Assembly (NCBI GenBank): GCA_041671325.1
Contig: JBAZBR010000001.1
Coordinates: 221,332 to 285,331, forward strand
From: Patescibacteria group bacterium
GTDB taxonomy: Bacteria; Patescibacteriota; Patescibacteriia; PEXW01
DNA length: 64,000 nucleotides
Reading direction: 5' to 3'
The translations under genes were made by a program, and so were the position numbers. The notes under the pieces were generated by a model, which saw nothing but the letters and a program-made list of their open reading frames with translations, was not told the DNA's origin and searched no databases. Of this stretch, positions 10,193 through 19,039 are shown in pieces (position 1 is the stretch's first letter; each line of letters opens with the position of its first letter).

Positions 10193-10603
10193 ATGTCTGA
10201 AGAAAAAAAGAACGTAGAAGTTCCAGAAAAGTTCAAAACTTTAGTGGAACAAATCGAAAAGTTGTCAGTCGTGGACTTGGCTGAATTAGTCAAAGTTCTG
10301 GAAGACAAGTTTGGTGTTTCTGCTGCCGCCCCAGTCATGATGGGCGCTATGCCAGTTGCCGGCGCTGCAGCCGCAGACGCTGGTGAAGAAAAGTCCACTT
10401 TCAATGTGGAATTGACCTCAGCTGGTGGCAGTAAGATTGCCGTTATTAAAGTCTTGCGCGAAATTACCGGCAAAGGCTTGAAAGATGCCAAAGACTTGGC
10501 TGATGCCGCGCCAAAAGTCGTGAAAGAAAATGCCGCCAAGGAAGAAGCAGAGGAATTGAAGAAAAAACTGGAAGAAGCCGGCGCGACTGTGACTTTGAAG
10601 TAA
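10193..10603 (+). CDS. rplL: 50S ribosomal protein L7/L12
   Basis: Ala-rich flexible hinge and a C-terminal domain ending [10 protein letters not shown]; N-terminus [30 protein letters not shown]. Confidence 0.95.
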   Translation: MSEEKKNVEVPEKFKTLVEQIEKLSVVDLAELVKVLEDKFGVSAAAPVMMGAMPVAGAAAADAGEEKSTFNVELTSAGGSKIAVIKVLREITGKGLKDAKDLADAAPKVVKENAAKEEAEELKKKLEEAGATVTLK

Positions 10604-10623
10604 TTAATTTTATTCAAGTTAAA

Positions 10624-10659
10624 TAAGGCTTACCTGAATTAAGGCAGGCCTTATTTTTA
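10624..10659 (+). terminator. Rho-independent terminator after rplL
   Basis: TAAGG..CCTG / CAGGCCTTA stem followed by TTTTTAA. Confidence 0.5.
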
Positions 10660-10660
10660 A

Positions 10661-10862
10661 GGTTGTGGATCCTGTTCCATCTCGCTACCGCTCGATGAAC
10701 AGGGCGAAGGTCAACATGTGAGGTTCCTCGTATGACTCGGGACGAAATACAAGGAAGCCCTTCGTGAGTATACTCAGGGGAAAGTAAAGTCAGTCTTATA
10801 AAAAGGTCCTTCGGCTACGCCTCAGGACGAAAAGTCAAGAAAACTTGACTTTTCGGTTTTTA
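10661..10862 (+). ncRNA. Candidate structured small RNA of unknown class: a GC-rich ~200-nt noncoding island ending in its own intrinsic terminator
   Basis: No ORF in any frame. GC content is far above the flanks. Several local hairpins, e.g. CCTGTTC...GAACAGG. A strong terminator GAAAAGTCAAG-aaaa-CTTGACTTTTC+GGTTTTT lies at 10828-10862. Confidence 0.3.
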
Positions 10863-11300
10863 TTCGGTTATAATAGTAATTACTATGTTGGTATTCCATG
10901 AACAGCCACACCAAAAAATTCGGGTTTTTGCCGACTTTTCCCTTGGTCAAAACAACCTTAAGCGAGTTATCCCCAAGGCCTTTTTTTGGGCTGGCCGGAG
11001 GTATGATATCCAGTCAGTTAACCTGGTTTACCAGCGCAGGCGAGGGGACAAGTTTGACTGGTGTTTTGCAGTTTCTGATTTGGCCAATGCTTTTGTCCTG
11101 GCTTTTAACCCTGAAAGCCTGGAATGGACTTTAGATGAAGTCCAAGGTGGATAAAAAAACAAGGACCCGCTCCCTCACAAAGCAGATCCTCTACCGCCCT
11201 CTTTGATGGCCTTTGGGGTATCCCCCCTCTTCTGTAAGGCCTAAGAAGGCAAGTTCAAAAGATCTCAATTCCATTATAGTTAGAGATTTTTACAAGTCAA

Positions 11301-11408
11301 ACCCCGCACCACTTTCTAAATAAATATTGATTTTAATAAATCTAAGATATTATTTCTGTGAATTTCTTAAAAATTAAAAAGTAATTTTCATAGAAAGTGG
11401 TGCGGGGT
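11301..11408. repeat. Perfect 18-bp inverted repeat (ACCCCGCACCACTTTCTA / TAGAAAGTGGTGCGGGGT) around a 72-bp AT-rich spacer; MITE-like or long hairpin
   Basis: Exact reverse-complement arms read directly at 11301-11318 and 11391-11408. Confidence 0.5.
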
Positions 11409-11439
11409 CAACCCCATAAAGTTATGCTCTTATAAATAA

Positions 11440-11470
11440 AAAATCGGCCTGGTTTAATAAGCCGATTTAG
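11440..11470 (-). terminator. Terminator for the minus-strand gene 11508-11891
   Basis: AAATCGGC...GCCGATTT stem, with a T-run on the minus strand. Confidence 0.5.
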
Positions 11471-11507
11471 ATGGTAGATTGCTTATTTGACGCAATTCAC
11501 TAAGGTC

Positions 11508-11891
11508 TTATTCTGGCAACACTTGTCCCTTCGTGCATAATAATTCGTTTTTCCTTAAGGGAGACATTTGGTAAACGATCAGGCTTAATATGGTTCCCAT
11601 GAACAAGCAGGTGATGCCGACTGGCCAATGATTCCAGATGCCTATTTCGTGGCCTCCGTACAAAAAGCAGTGGACAGCGGCCAAAATCAGACTGGTTATA
11701 AAAACGACTCCGGTTCCAGCCTTGCGGCTTGTCTCACTGTTTCTGATTATGACAGAAGTGATTAGTGCTGTAATCAGGATCAGGCCGGCGAAAAGCCGAA
11801 GTTCCTGCCAATAACCACTCAGCCAGCCGCTGGCCGTAATCACGCTTATGCCAACAATCAAGATCACCAGGAACTTTTGCATTTTGGTCAT
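11508..11891 (-). CDS. Hypothetical small integral membrane protein (4 TM helices)
   Basis: 127-aa ORF consisting largely of hydrophobic helices. Confidence 0.55.
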   Translation of the reverse strand: MTKMQKFLVILIVGISVITASGWLSGYWQELRLFAGLILITALITSVIIRNSETSRKAGTGVVFITSLILAAVHCFLYGGHEIGIWNHWPVGITCLFMGTILSLIVYQMSPLRKNELLCTKGQVLPE

Positions 11892-12036
11892 TATTACCCT
11901 CCAGGGTTAGGCCATGAAAAGTGAACTATTTTGAAATAATCTTAGTAAATTGCCATTGGCTTTGTCAATAAAATTATACAACGCATTGTTCTCCATTTTG
12001 ACCCCGCCAATAGGTTAGAGTCAGGCTATCGGCGGG

Positions 12037-12101
12037 ACGGAGCTCCGCAAAAGCTTTATGATAGGCAAGTGAAATTCCAGCGGAGCTCCGCATGAATTCA
12101 T
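12037..12101. promoter_or_regulatory. Candidate operator upstream of dinB: CGGAGCTCCG at 12038-12047, GCGGAGCTCCGC at 12080-12091, then ATGAATTCAT at 12092-12101
   Basis: Perfect palindromes read directly from the sequence, ending 14 bp before the dinB ATG. Confidence 0.35.
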
Positions 12102-12114
12102 AGATAAATAATAT

Positions 12115-13326
12115 ATGCAAAGAATCGTTTTACACTTTGACATGAATTCGTACTTCGCCTCAGTCGAACAACAGGCGAACCCGTTTTTGCGCGGCCAGCC
12201 AGTGGGCGTCTGTTCAACCATGTCCAGGCGCGGTTGCATAATTGCTTCTTCCAAAGAAGCCAAGGCTTTTGGCGTCAAAACTGGCTGTCGGGTGGCTGAA
12301 GCGCAAATTTTGTGTCCGCAAATAAAATTAGTGGAAGTGGATCCGCCCAAGTACCGGACTACTACCCAGAAAATTTTTGGCTTGTGCAAAGATTATACCA
12401 GCGACATTGAATTATATTCAATTGATGAAGGCTTTTTGGATTTGACTGGACTGGTAAAATCTTTTCCAGAAGCGATTGGCATTGGCCAGCTTATAAAAGC
12501 CAGGATCAAGAATGAAGTCGGGGAGTGGCTGAATAATTCCATGGGTATTGCTTACACCCGCTGGCTGGCAAAATTTGGCAGCGATATTGCGCCCAAAGGC
12601 GGGTTGGTGGTGATTACGCCGGCCAATCGTTTAACATACCTGAAAGGCCGCGAACTGGAAGACGCCTGGGGCATTGCCGGGGCTTTGGCTAGCCGCCTGC
12701 AGGTGCTGGGCATCCAAACTTTAGACGAGTTGGCCAGGTATTCGCCTATTAACCTTTTGGAAATTTTTGGCATAAAAGGTTATGAACTTTGGGCCAATGT
12801 TAATGGCATTGAATTGGCTGGCTTGGCAGAAAAGCAGTTGCCAAAATCCATTGGCCACAGCCACGTTTTGCGCAAAAGGAATCATGATGAAAAGTTCCAT
12901 AAGGCCGTGATCATGCGGCTGGCGGAAAAAACCGGCCGGAGACTGCGGGAAATTGGCTTGGAAGGCCATGGCTTGTATGCCTTTATGAAGCTGGAGGGCT
13001 TAGGGGATTTTGGCGCCAGTAAAAAAGTCTTTAGGCCAATTATCACTACCCAAAGGATTTATAGCCAGACTTTGGAAATCCTGGAGCTGCACCTTAAAAA
13101 GGGCGTACCAACTTTTTTCGCCTTAGGCCTCTTCAATCTCCAACCCAAGTCAAACCAATTAAGCCTTTTTGAAAAGCCTAAATCCGAAGCTTTGGTCAGA
13201 GCATTAGACAGAATCAATAATAAATACGGCGAGGAGGCGATTGTCCAGGGTGATTTGGTGCGTTTAGGTTTTCAACATGTGCCAGACCGGATTGGTTTTC
13301 GGAAGACCGTAGGCTTAGATGACTAA
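12115..13326 (+). CDS. dinB: DNA polymerase IV (Y-family translesion polymerase)
   Basis: N-terminal HFDMNSYFASVEQ, YSIDEGFLD and helix-hairpin-helix and little-finger regions. ~400 aa. Confidence 0.9.
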   Translation: MQRIVLHFDMNSYFASVEQQANPFLRGQPVGVCSTMSRRGCIIASSKEAKAFGVKTGCRVAEAQILCPQIKLVEVDPPKYRTTTQKIFGLCKDYTSDIELYSIDEGFLDLTGLVKSFPEAIGIGQLIKARIKNEVGEWLNNSMGIAYTRWLAKFGSDIAPKGGLVVITPANRLTYLKGRELEDAWGIAGALASRLQVLGIQTLDELARYSPINLLEIFGIKGYELWANVNGIELAGLAEKQLPKSIGHSHVLRKRNHDEKFHKAVIMRLAEKTGRRLREIGLEGHGLYAFMKLEGLGDFGASKKVFRPIITTQRIYSQTLEILELHLKKGVPTFFALGLFNLQPKSNQLSLFEKPKSEALVRALDRINNKYGEEAIVQGDLVRLGFQHVPDRIGFRKTVGLDD

Positions 13327-15582
13327 CTATTTTTGAATCCCAAAAACTTGTAGGTTATTCCCATTCAAGAGATATATTTTTTGTGCACTTTCATCTACGG
13401 TAAAATCTGAGGTCGTGCCTATAGCATCAAGAGCATATTGGTTAATAAATTTCCCGGCTTTAGAAAAGACCGCGATCCGTTTTAAGCCCTTATCTAAAAT
13501 ATAAAGGTTTTGCAGGGTTGTATCAGCCGCGAGCTTGTCTGCAGAAGATAAGGACGGTTCAACGGTTGAAAGCGCTAATTGGACCCTTTGGCCTTGGTTG
13601 AATTTCATAACCTCGCCTTGGTTAGTGAGGACATATAAGGAACCGTCAACGGAAAGATCAGTGGCGTTATTTAAAGTTTGGCTTTGTTTGAGCCAGTTTA
13701 CGGCTTTGTAGCCCGTACCTTGACGAGTAGCTTTCAAGATTAGGTTATTCGCTATATCAATTGAATATAAAGCCGTATTATAGGTTGCAAAGCCGGCCAA
13801 ATTAGCGTTTGCGTTTGGCAAGACTAAACTAAGCCGAGTGCCTTTAGTCGAACTTGGTTTTTGTTCAATAATTTCAAAACCAGAAGTTAAGGCGATTAAA
13901 CTACCGCTGCCAAAGGTTGATAGTTCCGTAATGTCAGTATTGCCAGGCAAGGTGGCTAATTCTTTAACTTCGCCCGTGGCGCTGCTTATGGATATAAGCT
14001 GATTATTATTAGCATTAATAGTGAATAAATTTTTTCCTAAAATTACTAGACCATTTCCATTAACCCCCGTTTTAAATGTGGCTAAAGTTTTGATTTCGGG
14101 CTTAATTTCATGTCTGGTTTTTACCAAGACCGCTTCAATATCAGCAAGTAATGTTGTTTGTTGAGTTTTTTGGGATTTCGATTTATTTGGCAAGTTATTG
14201 GTTAATTTTTTTGCTTCTGTTAAAAGAGTTTTTGCCCGATCTTCGTCACCGTAAAGTAAAGCAGATCTGGCAGATTCAATATTGCTTTGAATAGTCGAAA
14301 TTGAATTTTGGGTTGTCTGGTTGCTGCTTGAGCGTTGGCGCTGTATACCGGCGACGATTAAAACAATTGCTAAAATCAGCGCAATTGTAATCGTGCTTAA
14401 AAAAAGCATCCTAGATTTTTGAGGCAGGCCTTTAACTGAATTTACCTGCCTTTCAATGGCCACTGGAATTTGCTGAGGGGTTTTTCTTAGGTTATTGCCT
14501 AAGGAACGTATTGAGTGGATTAATTTAGGCGTTGCCTGTATAGCTTGACGGCTCCTTTGCCAAACAAATCTTGGAATTTTACTAAGAATTGTCCTTCTAA
14601 TCTCTTTAGCCACTAAACGGGAATGAGAAGGCGACAATACTTGACCTTTTCGAACTTGGTTTTGTTTTTCAAAAATTGTATTTTCATTTTCTAAAGCAGA
14701 AGAAATCCGGGTTGGTTTTCTTAAAACCCAAGCTCTGAATAATATTTTGGCTTCTCGGAAAAACCTTTTTCCACTTTTTTTTACCGTCGGCCAAAGTGAA
14801 GGCGTAAGTAATTCTTGAGTTTGGGCGTTTTGAGCCAGCATATTATCGATAGATTTTTTAGGCGCACCGGCAATATTTTGTATTAGTTGTTGTTCTTGGG
14901 AAGCAGGCGATGAAATTGCGACATTTTCACCGCGCAATATAATCGAAGCAAAAGCCGAACGAGTTGGGTCCTGACGTAAAATTTCTTCAAAAAATTCAGC
15001 AGCTCCGCCTAAAGGTGTTTCGGCAATCGTCCTTCTTAGTTTTTCAATTGAAAAATAATCAAGCACATTTGAGGTGCTAAAAAAGATTGCGTCACTGTTT
15101 TTTATTTCACCAGAAGCAATTGAAGCGAACATTTTTATAGGATTGACCTTTTGAAGTCGATTTTGCTTACCTAACAAATCAATGACTTTTTTTTCATGCA
15201 TTAACAAACCTAAAATTTTGCCGGTATCAGCAAAATGAAGTTTTTCTTCAAGGATTGTAAATATTACCATTGAAAAATTATCAACCCAATCAGAACCAAA
15301 ATCACTTATCAATTCACCTAAGTAACGGTTGCAGGCTTGGATTGTGTGTTCAAAAGCGACCTCGGGATTAACCTCCGGAGAGGTATAATAAGCAGCTTTC
15401 AAGAAGTCTTGCAAACGGCTTAATAATTCTTGGTTAATTCGGTCAGCAGAAGTAATTTCGGCCAAAAAACCCAGTTTTCCCAAGATCCTTTCTTCAGCCG
15501 GGCTTGGTCGGGCTATAAAGACATGAGCCGTCGCCCGGCTGTTGGTAGCGTCGTATATGAGTAATTTTTCGATTTTATTCAT
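13327..15582 (-). CDS. Large membrane-anchored protein: N-terminal cytoplasmic domain, a single TM helix and a C-terminal extracytoplasmic beta-propeller-like repeat region
   Basis: 751 aa. TM segment LFLSTITIALILAIVLIVAGI. The C-terminal half has repeated blade-like segments (NHL/PQQ-like). The N-terminal domain could not be assigned. Confidence 0.55.
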   Translation of the reverse strand: MNKIEKLLIYDATNSRATAHVFIARPSPAEERILGKLGFLAEITSADRINQELLSRLQDFLKAAYYTSPEVNPEVAFEHTIQACNRYLGELISDFGSDWVDNFSMVIFTILEEKLHFADTGKILGLLMHEKKVIDLLGKQNRLQKVNPIKMFASIASGEIKNSDAIFFSTSNVLDYFSIEKLRRTIAETPLGGAAEFFEEILRQDPTRSAFASIILRGENVAISSPASQEQQLIQNIAGAPKKSIDNMLAQNAQTQELLTPSLWPTVKKSGKRFFREAKILFRAWVLRKPTRISSALENENTIFEKQNQVRKGQVLSPSHSRLVAKEIRRTILSKIPRFVWQRSRQAIQATPKLIHSIRSLGNNLRKTPQQIPVAIERQVNSVKGLPQKSRMLFLSTITIALILAIVLIVAGIQRQRSSSNQTTQNSISTIQSNIESARSALLYGDEDRAKTLLTEAKKLTNNLPNKSKSQKTQQTTLLADIEAVLVKTRHEIKPEIKTLATFKTGVNGNGLVILGKNLFTINANNNQLISISSATGEVKELATLPGNTDITELSTFGSGSLIALTSGFEIIEQKPSSTKGTRLSLVLPNANANLAGFATYNTALYSIDIANNLILKATRQGTGYKAVNWLKQSQTLNNATDLSVDGSLYVLTNQGEVMKFNQGQRVQLALSTVEPSLSSADKLAADTTLQNLYILDKGLKRIAVFSKAGKFINQYALDAIGTTSDFTVDESAQKIYLLNGNNLQVFGIQK

Positions 15583-15643
15583 CTTGTTTTAGTCACCTTA
15601 ACTAAAGTATACTACAGCTATCTATGTACCGTGAAATGCATTT

Positions 15644-16204
15644 ATGCTAGAAGAAATTTTTGGCTCAAACACTCGATATGCCCTTTTAAGGCTGCTGATT
15701 TTTAATCCCAGCAAAACCTATCAAACTACCGAGTTAAGTAAAAAAACCGGTTTGAGTCTGGCGTCCATAAGGGCAGAAATTAAACGCCTTGAACAAAGTG
15801 GATTAGTTAGGGTTAGTGAACAGGATAATGTTAATTTAGTCCAGATAGATCCGCAAAACCCATTATTTCCAGAATTGCGCGCTTTATTTTTGAAGGCGCA
15901 AATTTTGACTGAATATAATTTTGGAAAAAAACTTTTAAAAATTGGCAGTTTAGCTTATGCTGCCTTAACAGGATATTTTACTAATATTCCAGAAGCCAAG
16001 ACAGATATTTTCATTGTCGGTACGGTCAACCGTTTAAAATTGAGAAAATTAGTAAGAAGGTTTCAAAAAGACATGGACCATAGCTTGCGTTATACGGTAA
16101 TGTCAAAAAAAGAGTATCAATATCGTAATGATATTACTGATCGGTTTTTATATGATATTATTGAAAACCGAAAAATTGTTTTAGTTGATAAAATGCCTAA
16201 ATGA
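15644..16204 (+). CDS. Winged-helix DNA-binding protein with a C-terminal nucleotidyltransferase-like region (hypothetical regulator)
   Basis: N-terminal LLRLLIFNPSKTYQTTELSKKTGLSLASIRAEIKRLEQSGLV is typical of a winged HTH. Confidence 0.45.
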   Translation: MLEEIFGSNTRYALLRLLIFNPSKTYQTTELSKKTGLSLASIRAEIKRLEQSGLVRVSEQDNVNLVQIDPQNPLFPELRALFLKAQILTEYNFGKKLLKIGSLAYAALTGYFTNIPEAKTDIFIVGTVNRLKLRKLVRRFQKDMDHSLRYTVMSKKEYQYRNDITDRFLYDIIENRKIVLVDKMPK

Positions 16205-17052
16205 AGGAAACAATTTTCCTGTTGATCATTGCCGAATCCACCAAATTGATAATTGTAAAAAAGCAAGGCAATAAACTTTTTAGCAAGACAAAAACTGCAG
16301 ACTTGTTTAAAAATGCAGATTCTTTGACTTTAATCAATCAAGTTTTTAAACTACAGAAAAATCAAAAATTAAACGGAATATTTTTAAGTATAGAAAAGCA
16401 AAGCTTTTCTTCAACTCGTGCCTTGGTGAGCATAGCCAATGCCTTGGCTTACGCATATAATTGTAAAGCCGTGGAGTTAAAAGTTTCTCTACCAAGCTCC
16501 CAAATTTCAAAACTTTTTACTCTTGGCAAAAATGAATTGTCCAAAACCATTACGCAATTTATTAAACCCACATACCTTAATTTGCCTAATATTACTAAAC
16601 CCAAATTAAAAATTAACGAATTTCATATTTGTTCGGGGGCATTAGTTTATGATCAAGTAAATAAAAAGTTTCTATTTATCAGACGAAAAGATACCAAAAA
16701 AATTGGTTTACCTAAAGGCCATCAAGAAAAGAATGAGAATTTAGGCTTTACCGCTAAAAGAGAAGCTGGCGAGGAAACTGGGTATTCTGATTTAAAATTA
16801 ATCGGTAAATTGAAAAGTATAAAATATAAATTTACGGTAAAGGGCGAGTTACATGAAAAAACCGAACACCAATTTTTATTATTATTGAATTCTTCTAAGA
16901 CAAAAAATAGGTTAAGCACCGGTGAAGTAAAAAATTTGGATAACCTGTGGCTTACGCCACAACAAGCTTTATTAGATCCGAATTTGTATCCAAATTTACA
17001 GGATACAATAAAAAAGGCTATTTTTATCTTGAAAAAACGAAATTTATTTTAA
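16201..17052 (+). CDS. Fusion protein: TsaB/YeaZ-like N-terminal domain plus C-terminal Nudix hydrolase domain
   Basis: The N-terminus aligns to TsaB (IFLLIIAEST...; EKQSFSSTRALVSIANALAYAY against GPGSFTGLRIGI..A.GLA). The C-terminus carries the Nudix box GHQEKNENLGFTAKREAGEETGY. Confidence 0.55.
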   Translation: MKETIFLLIIAESTKLIIVKKQGNKLFSKTKTADLFKNADSLTLINQVFKLQKNQKLNGIFLSIEKQSFSSTRALVSIANALAYAYNCKAVELKVSLPSSQISKLFTLGKNELSKTITQFIKPTYLNLPNITKPKLKINEFHICSGALVYDQVNKKFLFIRRKDTKKIGLPKGHQEKNENLGFTAKREAGEETGYSDLKLIGKLKSIKYKFTVKGELHEKTEHQFLLLLNSSKTKNRLSTGEVKNLDNLWLTPQQALLDPNLYPNLQDTIKKAIFILKKRNLF

Positions 17053-17882
17053 GTATTTACTGAAGCAAGATTTTTGTTGAAAAAATTAAAATTGAAGCGT
17101 TTATTTAATTTTAAACCAATAGCTTTAGAACCCACGATTTCTTCAGGTTTTTTTACTCCTATCCAGGAAGATGTAACTTGGTATCGTAAAGCCAAGCCTT
17201 TTTTGCCAAGCCAAGAATAAACATCTTCTGTTTTTGCGTTTAGAAATTCACCAATAAATGCAATCCCAGATTCCTTTAGTCTTAAGGCGCTAGATTGGCC
17301 TAAGCCTGGCAAAAACCTTATGGGTATTCGGTTTAAGGTCTGAGCATCGTTTTTATCATAAAATTGAAAGCCAGGTTGGCGTAAGGTGAGATTAGCAAGT
17401 TTGGCTAAAGTTGGACTGCTGCCAAAACCAATATTAACTTTGCATTCCAGCTCCTGCCAACAAGCATTTTGGATTTTTAAGAAAATTATTGCTCTTTCAA
17501 TAGATGTAGAGTAGGGAATAGTAAGCAGGATTTCATTATTCTTTTCCATAACAAACTCACCCCATTTTTTTGAAATTTTAATAAAAGCCCTGGAAAAACC
17601 TTTTAAAAAACCGGATTGAATGGGTCTAATTACCAATCGTGGAGTAATTTGAAAAGCTTTTTTTAAACTCATCCCTTTTTTTATGCCAAAGCTTGCAGCA
17701 ATAACATTGCAGTCAACAATAGTCAATTCTGAATTTATATTTTCGATAATTGCCAAAGGGACATTTCTAAATTGCGGATTGAGTGCCTCCTCCACGCTCG
17801 CGGCAAAATGGTTTATAGAAATATATAAATAATGCCTTGGGCTAAGATTTTCGAATGGTTGTTTTGAAGTTTTGTTATACAT
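17049..17882 (-). CDS. Y-family DNA polymerase paralog lacking catalytic carboxylates (ImuB-like), downstream of lexA
   Basis: YISINHFAASVEE aligns to DinB DMDxFFAxVE with both Asp replaced. YSTSIERAI replaces the S(I/L)DE motif. GIGSSPTLAKLA is the HhH region. Only 277 aa. Confidence 0.6.
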   Translation of the reverse strand: MYNKTSKQPFENLSPRHYLYISINHFAASVEEALNPQFRNVPLAIIENINSELTIVDCNVIAASFGIKKGMSLKKAFQITPRLVIRPIQSGFLKGFSRAFIKISKKWGEFVMEKNNEILLTIPYSTSIERAIIFLKIQNACWQELECKVNIGFGSSPTLAKLANLTLRQPGFQFYDKNDAQTLNRIPIRFLPGLGQSSALRLKESGIAFIGEFLNAKTEDVYSWLGKKGLALRYQVTSSWIGVKKPEEIVGSKAIGLKLNKRFNFNFFNKNLASVNT

Positions 17883-18104
17883 AGATAAACTAATATATTT
17901 ATATTCTGTCCTACTAGGTTAGCGTTAAATTTGCTAAGGAATGGTTCTACCAAAATAATTCATTAGATTTAGACGCTCCACCCCGCAAAAAAATTGAGAG
18001 AAGGTATGCCTGCGGGGCGTCACTTAACAAAAGAGCTAAAAAATAAGTGGGTATTTTTTGTAAGTTGAGTGCCGAATTAAAACCGAAAATAAAAATTAAA
18101 AAAA

Positions 18105-18722
18105 TTAATACTTGCGAATTAGGCCAATAACCTTTCCTTGGATAGTAACGTTTTTAACGTCAATAGGCTGATAATTTGGATTTGCCGGTTGAAGCCTAAT
18201 AAAATTTTTCTTACGGAAAAACTTTTTTAAAGTAGCATTCCCGTCATCCAAGAGCGCCACAACCATATCGCCATCTTTGGCTAATTGGGTTTTTTCCACC
18301 ACCACCAAATCACCATCATTTACTAAACTTTCAATCATTGAATCGCCTCTGACTTTCAAGATGTAAGCATTTTTCTTGCCGACTAAATTTTGCGGCACTG
18401 GGATCATGTCCTGCTTATCCTCAAAGGCTTCAATTGGCGAGCCAGCGGCAATAGTCCCAACCAGCGGCAATAAACTTGAAGCAAATTCCAAATCCGGTTT
18501 AAGATCTGGCTCGATAATTTCAATACCGCGCGTATTATTCTTATCTCTTTTTATAAACCCGGATTTTTCCAAAAAAGTCAGGTGTTCATGGACCGTGGCT
18601 AAGGAGGATAAGTCAAAAGCCTTGGCAATTTCCGTTAAAGTCGGGGCATAACCATGCTCTTGCATGTATTTTTTTAGAAAATCCAGAATAGCCCTTTTTT
18701 GTTTGTGTAATATTGGCGCCAT
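18105..18722 (-). CDS. lexA: LexA repressor (SOS regulator, S24 peptidase)
   Basis: N-terminal wHTH (LTEIAKAFDLSSLATVHEHLTFLEKSGFIKR), cleavage-site AAG, and catalytic VRGDSM...K of the S24 domain. Confidence 0.9.
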   Translation of the reverse strand: MAPILHKQKRAILDFLKKYMQEHGYAPTLTEIAKAFDLSSLATVHEHLTFLEKSGFIKRDKNNTRGIEIIEPDLKPDLEFASSLLPLVGTIAAGSPIEAFEDKQDMIPVPQNLVGKKNAYILKVRGDSMIESLVNDGDLVVVEKTQLAKDGDMVVALLDDGNATLKKFFRKKNFIRLQPANPNYQPIDVKNVTIQGKVIGLIRKY

Positions 18723-19039
18723 ATTTGCTATGAATTACGAATAAATACGAATTTTGCTAATTAAGGTAGAAATAGTATAACCGAAATAAAACCGAAAATC
18801 AATTAAAAATACAATAATTTTGAATGTTTTATGAGGTTTATTTATGAAACGTGATTTTTTAACAAAAAGTCCTGTGGATAACTTTTGAAGTTAAAATAAG
18901 CTTAAAATCCGCATTTTAGATTAAACGGTATTGGTGATTATCTGGTTTATGTGGATAAACCGCCTTGACAGCAGGTTTTTTGCACCTTATGCTGTAATTC
19001 CTAAAAAGAGAAAACCAAAAGAGTATTGAACTAGCCAGT

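Noticed and set aside
10661-10862. Assigning the GC-rich element to RNase P RNA or SRP RNA
   Set aside because: It shows only partial P4-like (GGGGAAAGU) and domain-IV-like (AAGGAAGC) strings. RNase P needs about 350 nt, and the SRP domain IV consensus AGCAGC is absent.
10885-11154. 89-aa ORF in the low-coding region after rplL
   Set aside because: It begins immediately after a strong terminator. The translation lacks any recognisable fold-like pattern, and the region seems better explained as noncoding or structured RNA.
17972-18021. Hairpin GACGC..CCCCGCA / TGCGGGGCGTC downstream of lexA, considered as a terminator
   Set aside because: The only T/A-run lies inside the loop rather than 3' of the stem on either strand, so it does not fit an intrinsic terminator. 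It is left as an unexplained structure.
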